64,000 nt of DNA from contig NC_087436.1 of the NCBI RefSeq assembly GCF_036321535.1, forward strand, positions 70,806,001 through 70,870,000, written 5' to 3'. Numbering within the stretch: the stretch's first letter is position 1; each line of letters opens with the position of its first letter. The notes beneath the pieces are model-generated. The model had not been told where the DNA came from. It made no database searches and saw only the letters and a list, made by a program, of their open reading frames with translations. This document shows positions 12,116 through 24,689 of the stretch, piece by piece. The translations under genes were made by a program, and so were the position numbers. Source of the DNA: Camelus dromedarius. Its lineage: Eukaryota.

Positions 12116-12819
12116 CTTACATTTCTGGACCTGGATGATGGCTGTGTGGCTTGACCAGAGAAATTAGTTGCATATACAATAACTATATGATGGTTTATAT
12201 GAAAATAACACACTCTCCTTATAGAGAATTTAGAATACAAAAAAGAAAATTAAAACTTTCTGTATTCTTCACTCCTACCCATAATTAATTACTATTAACA
12301 ACTCGAATACTTTACTTCTGTGTACATAAAAAATTTGAGGGTCTTATTTAAATATTTATGACACATTGAAACATTTAGCTTAACTTCAAACTGAATCGAG
12401 AATCATAAAATGTGATGCACTTCTATGAAATCACATACTCCCTTGAGGCAAACCAATTTCAAGGACAGAAAGGACATGTGAGATTTAAAAAAAGGAAGTT
12501 CAATTTAGGGAACCATTTAGACTTGAATGAGCTGTTTACCCTGTGTGAATGAGCATTTTATTCTGAAACCAGATTTTATTTGTATAGGATTAGTCTTTTG
12601 ATTTTTTTTCTACTTTTTAGAACCTGTTTTATAAAGATGGAAGAATCAGTTATCCCAATCTACAGGGACTTGTTTATCCAGCGTATTAGACAAGAAGTAG
12701 CTGGGGGCCAGGATGAAGAGAAATGAGTCTGAAACTTCGAGTAGATATTCTCAGGTGGCTCCTGGCTTCTAAGCCCTGCAGCAATGTGCCAATTGTTCTT
12801 GATATTAGCAAGTATATAT

Positions 12820-12991
12820 CCTGGTTCCCCAACTTGATCTGCAGGTCAGTAGCGGTGACATCACCTGAACACTTGTTAGAAATGCAGAATCTCCAGCTCA
12901 CCCCAGATCTACTGTAACTATATTGTAGTCAGAATCTATGCTGTAACTACATTGCCAGGTGACCCTAAGTACATTAAGTTTGTGAAGCAGG
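12820..12991. mobile_element. MER5A-like hAT-Charlie MITE
   Basis: catcacctg..acttgttagaaatgcagaatctccagctcaccccagatctactg...ccaggtga...aagtttgtgaagca. Confidence 0.85.
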
Positions 12992-13589
12992 GAATGATAT
13001 ACAATAGCAACACAGCTTCTGGAATCCTTTGAATTGCACCAGGAAACTACTCATATTTGATGGTTTTGACTTTCAAACCATCATCCAGGTCTGGCTCTGA
13101 GGACGGGCCCCATTGGGCTCACACTGCTATGTGGAAAGCTCACTTGCTGCTCTTTTTTCTCCTGTTCACACAGCCTGATGGTGGTCTGCCACTGATTCCA
13201 CCATGGTGGCTCCTTCCACCAACCTTTGTTCTGTTGAAATTCCTGGCTTTCATGCACTCCTAGAAACTTCACTGGATGAACACTATTCTGTTGGTTTTCT
13301 GCAGTCAACCATTGGCTTCTACCTCAGGATGGCGGCACTGTTGTGATGCTGTCATTCTTCTGTCTTGTTTCTCCTCTTCACTTGCATGCTTGGAGCTCCA
13401 CCCATCTGACTGTGAGAAGAGGCAGGTGCTACATACATGTTATTCCCACTCTATGGACAGGAAAAGTGAGGTTGGGAGGAGATACAAAACTTCCCCCAAT
13501 TCACAGGGCTTTTAATGGACAGAATCCAACCTGAGTTGTTGAGGTAGCTGGCCTCCAAAATGGTGTGCTATGATCTCTGCATTGCCCTC

Positions 13590-14280
13590 ATGGTCATTCT
13601 CCCCTGGTCTTGGACAGCAGTTCCCAGCTGCTGTTGAAATGGCTGATTCAGAGGAATCTCCTTATCCAGTGATGGCTTGGCCACACTTAGTTTTTCTACT
13701 GTTCAGCTGTCTCCATTTTTACGATATAGATAAGCTGAGAATTTTCCAAATCTTTGAGTTCTGCTTCCTTTTTGCTGAATGAGTCAGTCTTTACATCATT
13801 TCTCTCTTCTCACATTACACTATAAGCAGGTAGGAGGAACCAGACCGCTCCTTCAACACTGCTTAGGGATTCCTTCCAAGCCAGTTCTGTAGGTTTACCA
13901 TTCACAAGCTCCACCTTCCACAATGCATGAGGGCATGAACACAAGCCAGCCGAGTTCTTTGCCACTTTTGCTCAAAATTACCTTTCCTGCAGTTTTCAAA
14001 AACATGTTCCTCATTTCTGTCTGCGACTTCATATTTCTACCAGCATTCTGTTCAGGAGTGCTGTGGTGTACTATGAGAAGACTGAGGCTTTCTCCACCGC
14101 TCTCCTCTTTTCTTTCTGAGTGCTCACCAGAATTGCCCTTAATGGTCCATTCAAGGCAATGTTGGTTTTCTAAGATGTGTCTCAAAATTCTCCCAGCCTC
14201 TGTTCATTACTCAGGTCCACAGCTACTTCCACATACTTAGGTGTTTGTTACAGCGGCATCCACTGCTTAGGACCAGTTTC
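13590..14280 (-). mobile_element. MaLR (MLT1) internal sequence
   Basis: ORF 13895..14185(-) has KGNSGEHSERKEESGGESLSLL...EQNAGRNM, resembling the MaLR gag-derived ORF. It directly abuts the LTR at 14281. Confidence 0.8.
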
Positions 14281-14635
14281 TGTCTTAGTCTGTCAGTTTG
14301 GGCTGCTAAGACAGAAGGCCATAGACTGGGCGGTCTATAGACAGCACAAACTTATTTCTCGCATTTCTGGAGGACAGGAAGTCTAAGACAAAGGTGCTGG
14401 CAGATTTGGTGTCTAGGGAAAGCCTTCTTTCTGGTTCATAGACAACTGTGTCCTCACATGGTGGAAGGGGCACCTGGGTCTCTGGGTCTTTTTATAAGGG
14501 CACCTATCCCACTTGTTAGGGTGCCACCCTTATGACCTGATCACCCCAATGACCCCATCTCCAAATACCATCACATTGGGAGTTAGTATCTAGCACATCA
14601 ATTTTTTGTGGGACACAAACGTTCAGTATATAGCA
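14281..14635 (-). mobile_element. MLT1A-like LTR (5' LTR of the adjacent MaLR internal region)
   Basis: tgtcttagtc..tttgggctgcta...catagactggg...ttctggagg..ggaagtctaag...ggacacaaacgttcagtatatagca, with TG...CA termini. Confidence 0.88.
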
Positions 14636-14639
14636 AGCT

Positions 14640-14795
14640 GACTGAATCCTCATAAACCTCTTGTAAGTTATTATTAAGTTAATTTTAGAGATGAGAAAAT
14701 TGAGGTTTGGAAATGTTAATGTCTCTTAAAGATCTCACTAGGCATTAGGGACAGAGTTTGATTCCAAAGCTACGCTTTTTTCACTACCCCACTGC
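14640..14795 (-). mobile_element. MIR fragment
   Basis: aatcctcat..ttttagagatgagaaaattgaggtttgg. Confidence 0.65.
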
Positions 14796-16562
14796 TCCTG
14801 ACTATCCTTGGAAGGTTAAGTCTCTCAGTCTGTGAAACCTAATTAAAGGTAACATTTCATGACAGTGAATATTTAATGATAAAACCTATGAAGGAGAGAA
14901 ACAATGTAGATAATCTAAGCAAATTTATACTTGGTTTTGGGGAAAATCACTTTTTTTTTGGATAGTCCTAACATCCTAGTTTTACTTTCCTTCTGATAGT
15001 ATTAAAATTTAGTTTGTATTCTATCTACTGAGTGACAGGAGTTGTTGACAAAGAAACACGTTGCAAAGGCAGAGAAAAACCTAACTTGGCAACAAAAATT
15101 TTCTTCGATAAATTCTGGCACAAACAGCTGTGAATGAGTAATTTGAAGCTATCTTCAAAAATTCTTCCAAGACTTCTAAGTTTGAAACAGTCTATCTTAA
15201 ACATTGGAAAAAGAGACACATGACTTAAAAAGCACAGTTTTTATTGGGATTTAATGAATTTTGAGCCATACTGTACCAAATTAGATAGGGTTAATTAATG
15301 CAAATGTGCTACTACAGAATTCTTCTCAAATAAGCAGCTTTCTCAATAGAACTTGTACAAGTTAAAGTCAAAGAACAGTTTGAATGAATAACCATTAGTC
15401 TATGGAACTTGATTTCTAATGACTATGGCTATGACATAGGCTATGGTCACCGAATTTCACTTTTAATTATCATAAGAGTGAACATTCAGTCAGTATTTAA
15501 AAGCTCTTCATGATCATTAATTAATTTACACCATATCCTACCTGCTGGGCAAAATAAATTTCCTCCTTTAACAGACAAATTGAGCGAAATTTGATCCCTG
15601 GAGCTAAAATTGCTCTAAAATACAGTTTCTTCTAAGGCAAAGCTGAAGCTAAGAATAGAGATATTGAACTTTCAGGCATAGGCCAGAAACAAAACTTAGG
15701 TTACCCACTGGGTTCCTAGCAATGTTAGATCTCTGGATTAAAAGAGAAACTTTAACTGTCAAATAAACAGGAGAATAATAAGAAAAAAAAACTTATGGTG
15801 AAATGAACATAGCCAATAAGCTTATTTGATACTTAACCATGCATTCTTTTTTGTTATTAGTTTTACTTTTATGTAAGATTGTAATCTCCTACTTAGAAGG
15901 GACTGTATTTCTTGGATTCACTGTGGTTCCAACACATTATCAAATATGAAATGTAATAAATATCTTAGTGATCACAGGAAAAAACCCATGAAATTGTCCC
16001 TGGGTATCCATCTCCGTGCTGGATGCTGTACAGACAAATGGCCTAATGATGCAATTCTGTATTTTTCATCCTGAGAAAGAGCATCAGAACCAGAAAAATC
16101 TAATCACTGTTTGGTCATGAAGTCATTCTGGGAATTTTCTAAGTAAAATATGCGTATTTTTCTTATTCTGGTTCTCACTGATGCTTGGGGTGATTACATT
16201 CACACCAGAGAAGAAGCCTGATCCAAGAACAGTTTCAAGAGGAGGTAACGTACCACACGATAACAGGATTAAAAGCAGAGAGAACTAGAAGAATTGTTCC
16301 AACCAAGAAACAATTTCTTCCCTAATTCTCAGTTTCCTTTTAAGGCCCCCTTTTGCTCAGGAAATGTAATATCCCTCATCCCACAGTTAAGACCAAAATC
16401 AATAGAAACCCGAGGCAGTTTTTTCTCATCTTATGAGTCCGGTGTCATTGAGTTCACCTAGAACCTGCTGTAGCCAATTCGGGTAGATGGAGTCATCTGA
16501 GGGTAAGCAAATGATTCTATGAGATTGTAGAAAGAAAGCAGTGTATGAAATAATCCACTCTT

Positions 16563-16890
16563 TGATTAATTCATTAAATACATGTTTATTATTCCAGACA
16601 CTGAGTGGTGAACAAAACCAATCCCCCTGAAATTCCCCTCCTCCTTGTGCTTACATTCTAAAGAGGGGAGAAAGATAAGCAGCAAGCAAAACAGAAAGGA
16701 TGTCAAATATTAATCATGAAGAAAAATGAGACAGAGAGGGGATAAGGGGTGGCAGGTGGGGAGAGTGTTAGGACTTTGCTATTTTAAGTAGGATGGTCAG
16801 GGAGGCCTCAGTGAGAAGCTGGCACGGAGCAGAGATGAGAGGAAAGTGAGTGATGGGCATGTGGGTAGCTGTAAAAGGGATCAGGAAGGA
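16563..16890 (-). mobile_element. LINE-2 3' end
   Basis: attcattaaatacatgtttatt...gtggtgaacaaaac...gcttacattcta...gatggtcagggaggcctc. Confidence 0.75.
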
Positions 16891-17869
16891 GCCAAGAATT
16901 TTAAGATGCCTCTTGGGATGCATTTTAGAGACATGACGTTTTGTGGCGAGCTTAAAGTGAAATAAAAGGAGACCTTGAGAACCGATGTTAGTCAGTTATT
17001 TTTGGATCCTAGCACCTGTTGGCATGGTGCAGCTTTGGTGACCTGGTTTGCACAGGTAACCCTGGGAATCAGACAGAGGGCCAGGAGAGCAGTGTCCAGG
17101 GTTATGTGAGGAGCAAGCTCTGTGAGCTTCTCCATGTTGCTCTCCCTCTGCCACTGAAACATTTTCTTTAAACCAAGCTTGCGTATTTGACTCTCACGTT
17201 CATGGCAACAGACCATTCATTCTCAAGACAGTCCTTGGTCTGAAAGCAAATGAACCCCTGTAACATCTGTGTCAGTCCCTCCCAGGTCCCAGCCCCAGAT
17301 ATGCGACAGCTTAGACACATCCTGGGCACCTCAGGTGCACGCATGGGATTGGTCACCTTTGCCACGTCTCTCCCTCTGCCCAAGTTCAGCCTTTGTTTCA
17401 CAGGTTAAGATGCTACTTTGGGTCTTTAAAAAGCCTTTAAAATGAATTTTCTTTAAATATTCTTTATATATTTATTTCACATCCCTCGCTGAACTTTAAC
17501 ATTCCTCTCCTGACCAAAAGAGGGAGTTACTGAACAATCAATCCCTTTTGTGATTCAAAATATAGTCTGCCTAATTTTTCCTCACTTATAATTTAATTTA
17601 CTCTAGACCTGGGGACTCTGGGAAGGCTGAGATAACAAGCTTTCAGAAGCAATGATATTCAGCTGGGCCATTTATTGTCAGCCATTCATCCCAGGGTGTG
17701 GAGCAAAGACTTAGGTAAAGGTAATACCACTCACTAAGTAGTAAATGTGCTGGTAGCTGCCAGGAAAATTTTTAGAACCGTAGGTCCATGGAAATTAGGT
17801 GGCACTTGCTGTCATTTTCCTGGTAGTACTATAAGATTTATTTTATGCAGTTAGCACATTCAAATTTTT

Positions 17870-18110
17870 CTCCCTTTAGAAGTCGGTTGTTGGCATTAAG
17901 TTGGATAGAGAGGTAATAATTTAGGAGATAATTATAGGATTTAAGGAACCTTGACAAGCTGAGGTGAAAAGACAAAGGGGAAAATTTAAAACATAAAGCA
18001 AAGGGATGCTAACACACTTAGGAAGATGGGACAGATCTCTTATGTTCAAGGAGAAGGGATAGAAACCAATTTGTGACAGTGTGACAGATAAGATGTTGGG
18101 GCGTTAGTAA
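17870..18110 (+). mobile_element. CR1/L3 LINE fragment (RT C-terminal region)
   Basis: Eroded CR1 motifs in the expected order: RNLDKL (QRDLDKL), THLGR (VLHLGR) and aagatgttggggcgttagt (KDLGVLV-like). Confidence 0.65.
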
Positions 18111-19473
18111 GGTGAAGGGAAGTGGGGGTCCTCTATTCCCTCTGTTCCTTAAAAAGTGTTCATTTCTGTCAGTGTGAGCTTCAGTGAGCAAGGCCTCGCT
18201 ACACCTTCAGTAGGATGCTTGAAGATGGCTCCTTGGCCTTGGCTAAACTGGTCCTGAGTCCTTCAGTGTTGGCGGAGAATATCTCCCCATCAGCTCTGCG
18301 TTCTCCACTTCCTCCATGAGGGAAGTGACAAGTCTGCTCTCTCTCCCATCTGTTTAGCTTACCCCTAAAAAGAGTTCCTTTCTGTTTAAACCAAAGTGAG
18401 GTTGGAGAGACCTTTATCATTCTATAAAAGGCAAATCCTGAGGAGAGGAAATTCATTCTTCTTGTTACACATTTAGGTACAGTTTCAGTGCGAAGAAATA
18501 TGAGATCATCTCCTGAAAGCCACCTGAGAGGAGGCAGCCAGGGGGAGGGCACCAGGAGATGCAGAGGAGGAGACAAGCTATTCCAGAAGGCAAGCTTTGC
18601 CTCTTGTCAATTTTGCCAGCCTCCTCTGCCTGCCCTGGCTGGATCAGGAACTTCTGGAATTCTCCCAAGAGTCTCCCTGCCTTCATTTTAGCTTTGTCAT
18701 GCTTTCTGCATAGCTCTCTATTGTTCAGACTTTGTTTCAAAACAGTATCTTAAAGAATTAAATATTTAATTTAGCACAAACATGTTTATTTCCAAAAAGG
18801 AAACTAGTTTTCATGCAGTTCCCAGACTTTTCTATCTAGAAGAGCTGTGCCCATGTAATATTGGAGGTCTGTGAAAATGTTTGTAAAGGAATATGCAGAC
18901 ACCCAAGTTCACAGATCAAAGATGATGCAGGAGAACCTAGAAAGGACAGCAGCTAATTCCCGAGCACTGGGAGGTGGGCACATTCTCAATTTTCTGTGGA
19001 TGATTGGAAGGAAGCACGCAAACTTCCCTGGGCCAGGCCAACTTTCCAGCACAGACTTCTTTATTTGGCTGTTATAAATATCTTCATTCTTCCCTGGGGA
19101 AATTTGTCTAGTGTGGAAGAGAGAGTGAAAGGGGGTGAGGGTGGATTTGAAGGTTGAGGTAGAACGAGGTTATAGGTGACATATAAAGTTTCTCTCTTGG
19201 ATTTTGTGTCAGAAACTAGAAATAGTTTGTGGAGCTTGTGGTCAAACATAATTTCCTCAGAGCTGCTTGAGATTAGAAGCAATGCCAGAATGAGACGGGA
19301 GCCAGAGTAAAAATATTTAATAATTCTTCCTGTTATGAAATGTCCTTTTTCATATTTGTCTTAACCAACCTTAGAGAAGGTAACCTATTCACTTTTAAAA
19401 TTCCACCTGTTTGGGGTCTTTCATCCTTGAAAGAACCCCTGTTCTCTTTCATCCAGTCAGGAGATCAGACCAT

Positions 19474-19925
19474 GATTTATTTAAAAAAAAAAAAAATTGA
19501 GTGACGACTATGTGCCGTGTGAGATGTGCCTGCTGGAGAAACAAAAATGAGGGAGCTCCAGCCCCTGTCCTCAAGGAAGAGATTGCAAAAGAGCCCACGG
19601 TCCATCTTGAGGAGTTAGAGATTATCAAACAAATTATGGCAGTATTGGTGACAAGGGCTAACACAGGGTCCTATAGACTTAAAAGAGGCAGAGAGATGAA
19701 ATCTTCTTGGGTGGCTGAGAAGAGTCCTCATGGATCAAGATCCAGTCTGGATGCTGGAGGATACGGTGTTCACCAGGTGGATAAAGCTGGACATTTCAGT
19801 CAGAAGGCACTGTAGAGAGCAGCAGTAGGGCTGGGACCCCAAAGGGCCTCAGATGCTAGGCTAAGGAGTTTGGGGTTTATCCTATAAGCCCTGAGAAGCC
19901 ATAAAAGATTTTTAAAGTAGTTGAA
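19474..19925 (-). mobile_element. LINE-2 3' end
   Basis: ttgagtgacgactatgtgcc...ccctgtcctcaagga...ggctaaggagtttggggtttatcct...gaagccat. Confidence 0.75.
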
Positions 19926-19944
19926 TTATATGATAAATTTTAAC

Positions 19945-20225
19945 ATTTTTGTTTTGTATTTTGGATTTTTTAATTGAAATATAGTTGGTTTACTGTGTGT
20001 CAATTTCTGGTGTACAGCATAATGTTTCAGTCATACATATACATACATATGTATTTCTTCTTATATTCTTTTTCATTATCGGTTATAAGAACTGAATATA
20101 GTTCCCTGTGCTATACAGAAGAAACTTGTTGTTTATCTATTTTTATACATAGTTGTTAGCATCTGCAAATTTCAAACTTCTGATTTATCCCTCCCCACTC
20201 CCTTTCCCCTGGTAACCATAAGTGT
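19945..20225 (-). mobile_element. Lineage L1 3' end (5'-truncated)
   Basis: ttaattgaaatatagttggtttac...ctggtgtacagcat...gaatatagttccctgtgctatacag...ccctggtaaccataag. Confidence 0.88.
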
Positions 20226-20239
20226 TTTTCCTGATTTCT

Positions 20240-22790
20240 ATGATTTATCCTTTTCTTCCTTCTACCCACCTTGGGTTTAATTTGTTCTTATTTTTCTAGC
20301 TTTTTAAGGATGATGCTTAGGACATTGTTTTGAAATCTTTTCTAATGCAATCAGTTAAAGCTATAAATTCCTCTCAAAGCACTATTTTAGCTTCACCCCA
20401 CAAATTCCAATATGCTGGGTTTTATTTTCATGTATTTTAATACAGTTTTCTAATTTATTTTGTGATTTCTTCTTTGACCAATATGTTGCTTAAAAATTTC
20501 ATTTCCAAATATTTGGGGATTTTCTAAATGTTTTTTTCTGTTACTGATTTCTAATTGAATATGGTATGGTAAAGTAATACATGTGGTATGATCTCAGTCC
20601 TTCTAAATTTGTTGAAACTAGTTTTTATGGCATGACATTTGGTCTATCTTGATGAATGTGCCATGTGAACTTGAAAAAATGTATAGTAACATTTCATAAT
20701 AACATTATGATGTTTACTTTGATGTTAATAAAGCCACTCCAGCTTTCTTATGGTTAATGTTTACAAGTTGTATCTTTCTTCCATCCTTTAAATGTTAACC
20801 TATGTCTTATTTTTAAAATGGGTTTCTTGGAAACAGTATATAGTTGTCTTATTTTATAATCCATTCAGATAATCTCTGTCTTTTAATTCAAATTCTTAGA
20901 CTATTTATATGTAATGTAATTATTGACAGGGTTGAGTTTAAATCTACCACCTTGGTATTTATTTTCTCTGTTTGTTTTTATTTTTCCTGCCTTATTTTGG
21001 ATTAATTTAATATTTTTAGGATTCTATTTTACTTCCATGAATGGTTTATTCATTAGATTCTCTCAGCTTTTGTTTTTGTGATAAAATTCTAATTTTTCCC
21101 CCCAAGAATATTTTTGCTGGCTAGAGATTCTATGTTGATGGTTTTCTTCTCTCTGCATTGTCCTATAGCTTGCTTAGTTTCTGGCAGGACGTCTTTGGGT
21201 GTTCTCATTTTTGTTCCTCTGTGCATATGTGTCTTTTTTCATGTGACTGTTTTAAAAATATTCTCTTTAATGCTTGTTTTCAGCAGTTTAATCATAATAT
21301 GGCTTTGTGTGATTTTATGTTCATCTTGCTTGGGTGTCATTGAACTTCCTGGATCTAATTGCTGATGGAATTAATCAGATTTGGAAAATGTTGACAATTT
21401 GCTATTCAAATATATTTTTCTGCTTATCCTTCAGATTCTTATCATATCTATGTTAGACTAGTTGATACTATTCTACAGGCCACTGAGTTTCTGTTGATTT
21501 AAGATTTTTAAATTCTTGTATTTCATTTGGATAGGTACTATTACTGTGGCCTCAGTTTCACTGATTTTTTTTCTATAGTGTTTAAACTACTATTAATTGC
21601 TTCTAGTACATTCAAGAATTTTTAAATATTTTATTTATTTATTTACTATTATATCATTTTATTTTATTTTATCTTGGTTGGGGGTCATAATTAGGCTTAT
21701 TTATTTTTTACAGAAGGTGCTGGGGATTGAACCCAGAACCTCAAGCATGCTAAGCATTTGCTCTACCACTTGAGCTATACCCTCCCACTGACGTTTTAAA
21801 TTTTAATTTTTATTATTTTAATTTCTAGATGTCCCATTTGGTTCTTTTGTATGTCTTCCATTTCTTTCATTATTATGTTAATTTCCCTTCTTTACATCCT
21901 TGAATATGTGGAACAAATGTGTGGTACCATTTTGAGATCTCAGTCTTCTAATTCTCTCTCTGTCATTTTTGGGTATGTTTCTATTGACTGATTCTTCTGA
22001 TAATTTGTCATATTCTCCTGCTTCTTTGCATATCTAATTTCTTTTTAATGGTTGCTTGACCTCTGATTTTATGTTGTTGAGTGCTAGAAATTTTTGTGTT
22101 AATTTAATATTTTTGGATTTTTTCTGAAGAGAGTTAAATCACTTGTGGATTAGTTTGATCATTTCATAGCTTGGTTTTAAGTCCTTTTATTTTGGGTGGA
22201 TATAGGATAGCTTTTATTCTAGAACTAAACATTCTCACCTTTAAGGCCTGGCCCTTCTACAGTCTACTGAATGCCTTATATGTGCAGCAGAGTCTCTGCA
22301 TTCTGGCTGAAGGGAATTCACTCTTTCTGGCCCATTTTATCTCCAGGAACTATCACCTATTAATTCATCTTGCTGGTGATAGCTTTTTCCTCAGAAATTT
22401 TTCTTGTCTGTCCTTATAGAATTTTACCTTATAAGTGGGCAGAATGCTATTTGGCTAAAGACTCAAAGTGAGCCTTACACAGGTTTCTGGAGCTCTTTTT
22501 CTGTGTAATTTTGTACTCTCAAGTGTGTTGCCTTGCAAATTTTAGCAACTTGGCTTCCTTGAATTCCAATCGATGTCTGTTCAGCACACGAAGACTGCTG
22601 GACTCTCTGAGTTCTTCCTCTTTGTATCACTTGAGTGACGGGAAGTTTCACCTAGTTGTCCCCCCACCAGCACCCCCATTTCTCAAGGATCCTGATGGTT
22701 GTGCTGCCTGTTGTTTAGTATCTGAAAATAGTTGTTTCCTGTATTTTGTTCAGTTTTCTAGTGGTCTAGAGGGCCAAGCTGCCTTATTTT
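20240..22790 (-). mobile_element. Old L1M: ORF2 5' part, ORF1 and 5' region
   Basis: Long T-rich antisense L1 (gctataaattccctct..agcact, ggtctatcttgatgaatgtgccatgtgaacttgaaaa, ttgaacttcctggatct), interrupted by a SINE. Confidence 0.8.
21630..21786 (-). mobile_element. Vic-1-like SINE (long form with 3' extension)
   Basis: Reverse complement reads gggagggtatagctcaagtggtagagcaaatgcttagcatgcttgaggttctgggttcaatccccagcaccttc, then aaataaataagcctaattatgacccc and an A-rich tail. Confidence 0.9.
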
Positions 22791-23759
22791 CTTGTAGACA
22801 CAAATAGAAGCCTATTTTGTCTTTTTACCCTCAGGCTGTTCCTCATTGTCATGCTGCTTCTCTTCACTACTCAGGCCCCTGGGCGTGGGTTTTATCTTAC
22901 TTTTTGGGTGGATGGGGGCGTGGAAAGGGTTTAGACCTCATGCACAAGGAGTAAAGGAAGATAAGGAAAAGAGAGCAAAGCAGGCAAGCAAGTCTCTACT
23001 TCTAGGATTGGTTCCACCATTAACAAGTTTTTCAATCATTATTATGCTAAAATATTGTCTGTTCTTTTTTCCGCCTTGCCTTATACTACCTAGACTGTCT
23101 CCTTCTCGTAAGTCATATATTGAAGTGCTAAAAGAGCCCATAATTTTTTTCTGTGTTTTAACAAAACTCTCTTGTTATTTTGTTAGTTTCTTATGGCTCA
23201 GTATCCCAAAAGGAGACCTTAGAAAGTAGTAAAAAGTGGAGAAAACATTAGGATGTTCCAAAAGTGGGAGAAAAATTGGGTCTTAGGCACTGTGGTTATG
23301 AGAACATTCTTCTTGAAGTTAATGTTTGCTTCTCATGGATGCATAGTTTTAATGTCCACCCACAATCATTTATCATTCATATTCTACCTGGGAGAGTATT
23401 TATTTAAGAGCTAGGGAGGCCAGCATGAATACCCTGGGGAATGGACCCAGAAGATAGAGTAGATTTTTCCCATATTACCTGCTTTTTGTTATTTTTTATT
23501 TTATGACATTGACATAACTGGTTCTTCCTTTATTTATCTCAAAAGATATTGATGTTATTTTTCATAAGCACAGGTTTCTTTAGGTAGAATGAAGCCACGT
23601 TAATGAACTAGTTAAATACAATATTTATAAACGTCTCTCCACCACTGTATTTTAAGAAAATGGTATTTAATTTTGACAAATATTCTTTAAACTATGTTGG
23701 AATTTTACTTTCCATAGTGCTTCTTATCATGCTGTGCACATGCTTGGTTCTTACAGATC

Positions 23760-24256
23760 CACTTCTGCTCTCTGCAGCCTGCCCTGTTGCTCTCCACCCC
23801 ACCCTCTATATTCACTTTCTCTCCTTTTCTGCTTTGCTTTGACCTCCAGGTTTACAAAATGCATTGTCTGGTCCCCATATCTGGCTTTCTTGCCTTGACG
23901 GTTGGGTCCAGAAGACTGAGTCCCACTAAAAGACTGAAGGGAGAAAGAGAGAGGAAGGGGCATTTATTTTGCCCCGCTTCCTTCCCACAGTCTGGCAGAG
24001 AGCAGCTCTTGTAGGGTGATCTCCTTCTCCTACATCAGCTCTACCAGGATTCAGGTATCACTGTGTCTTCTGTTTGTCTATTCAGGCTTTAGCATAGTAA
24101 TAACTCCTCTCTGTTACTAGTCCCTGGGTAATTCCTGAAGCCTTGTTAGCTGCCTTTGCCTACCTATGCCTCTGTAAGCAGTCCCTTCATTAAACTCTCT
24201 TCATTTTAAACACTTCTGAGTGTGGCTTTTTCTCTTACTAGGACCTTGCCTGATAT
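23760..24256 (+). mobile_element. ERVL LTR (LTR33-like)
   Basis: ttcaggc.ttag..tagtaataactcctctctgttactagtccctggg...gtcccttcattaaactctcttca...ggacc.tg.ctgata. Confidence 0.7.
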
Positions 24257-24259
24257 AAA

Positions 24260-24680
24260 TCCCTTTCCATATAGTGTTTGAAGAGTTTTTTTAAAAAAAT
24301 CTAAGTCAAAAAAGACCTCTCCCCTATTCCAAACTCTTCAATGATCTTCCTTTACAATTAGAATCAAACTCAAACTCCTTGACAGAACTTCAGGATCTTA
24401 ACTCTGCAGTGTCATCTCGTCCCAGTCTTTCCCTCTCTCATTCTGTTCCAGACACAATGGTTCTCTTTCCCTCCGGTGAACTTACTAAGCTCGTTTGTCC
24501 CCTGGGGCCTGTATACTTGCTGTTCTCTCAACCTGGCAAGGTCACTCCCTCGGTCTTTACATGGCTGACTCCTTCTCATTATTCATGTTTCTGCTCAATT
24601 TTCACCTCCTCTGAGAGATCTTCATTGATCAACTCATCTGTATCAATGCTTTATATCCTATTACCTTCAATAGCCTTTCC
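24260..24680 (+). mobile_element. LINE-2 3' region fragment
   Basis: aaactcttcaatgatcttcc..aactcaaactcctt...tacttgctgttctctc..cctgg...catggctgactccttctcattattca. Confidence 0.75.
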
Positions 24681-24689
24681 AGCAGAGTT

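Noticed and set aside
13895..14240. Overlapping 96-aa and 105-aa ORFs
   Set aside because: They lie in MaLR internal sequence, and the minus-strand ORF is a frameshifted relic of the MaLR ORF.
18199..18753. Four overlapping ORFs on both strands
   Set aside because: There is no recognisable domain or convincing exon structure, and such ORFs are expected by chance in slightly GC-richer sequence.
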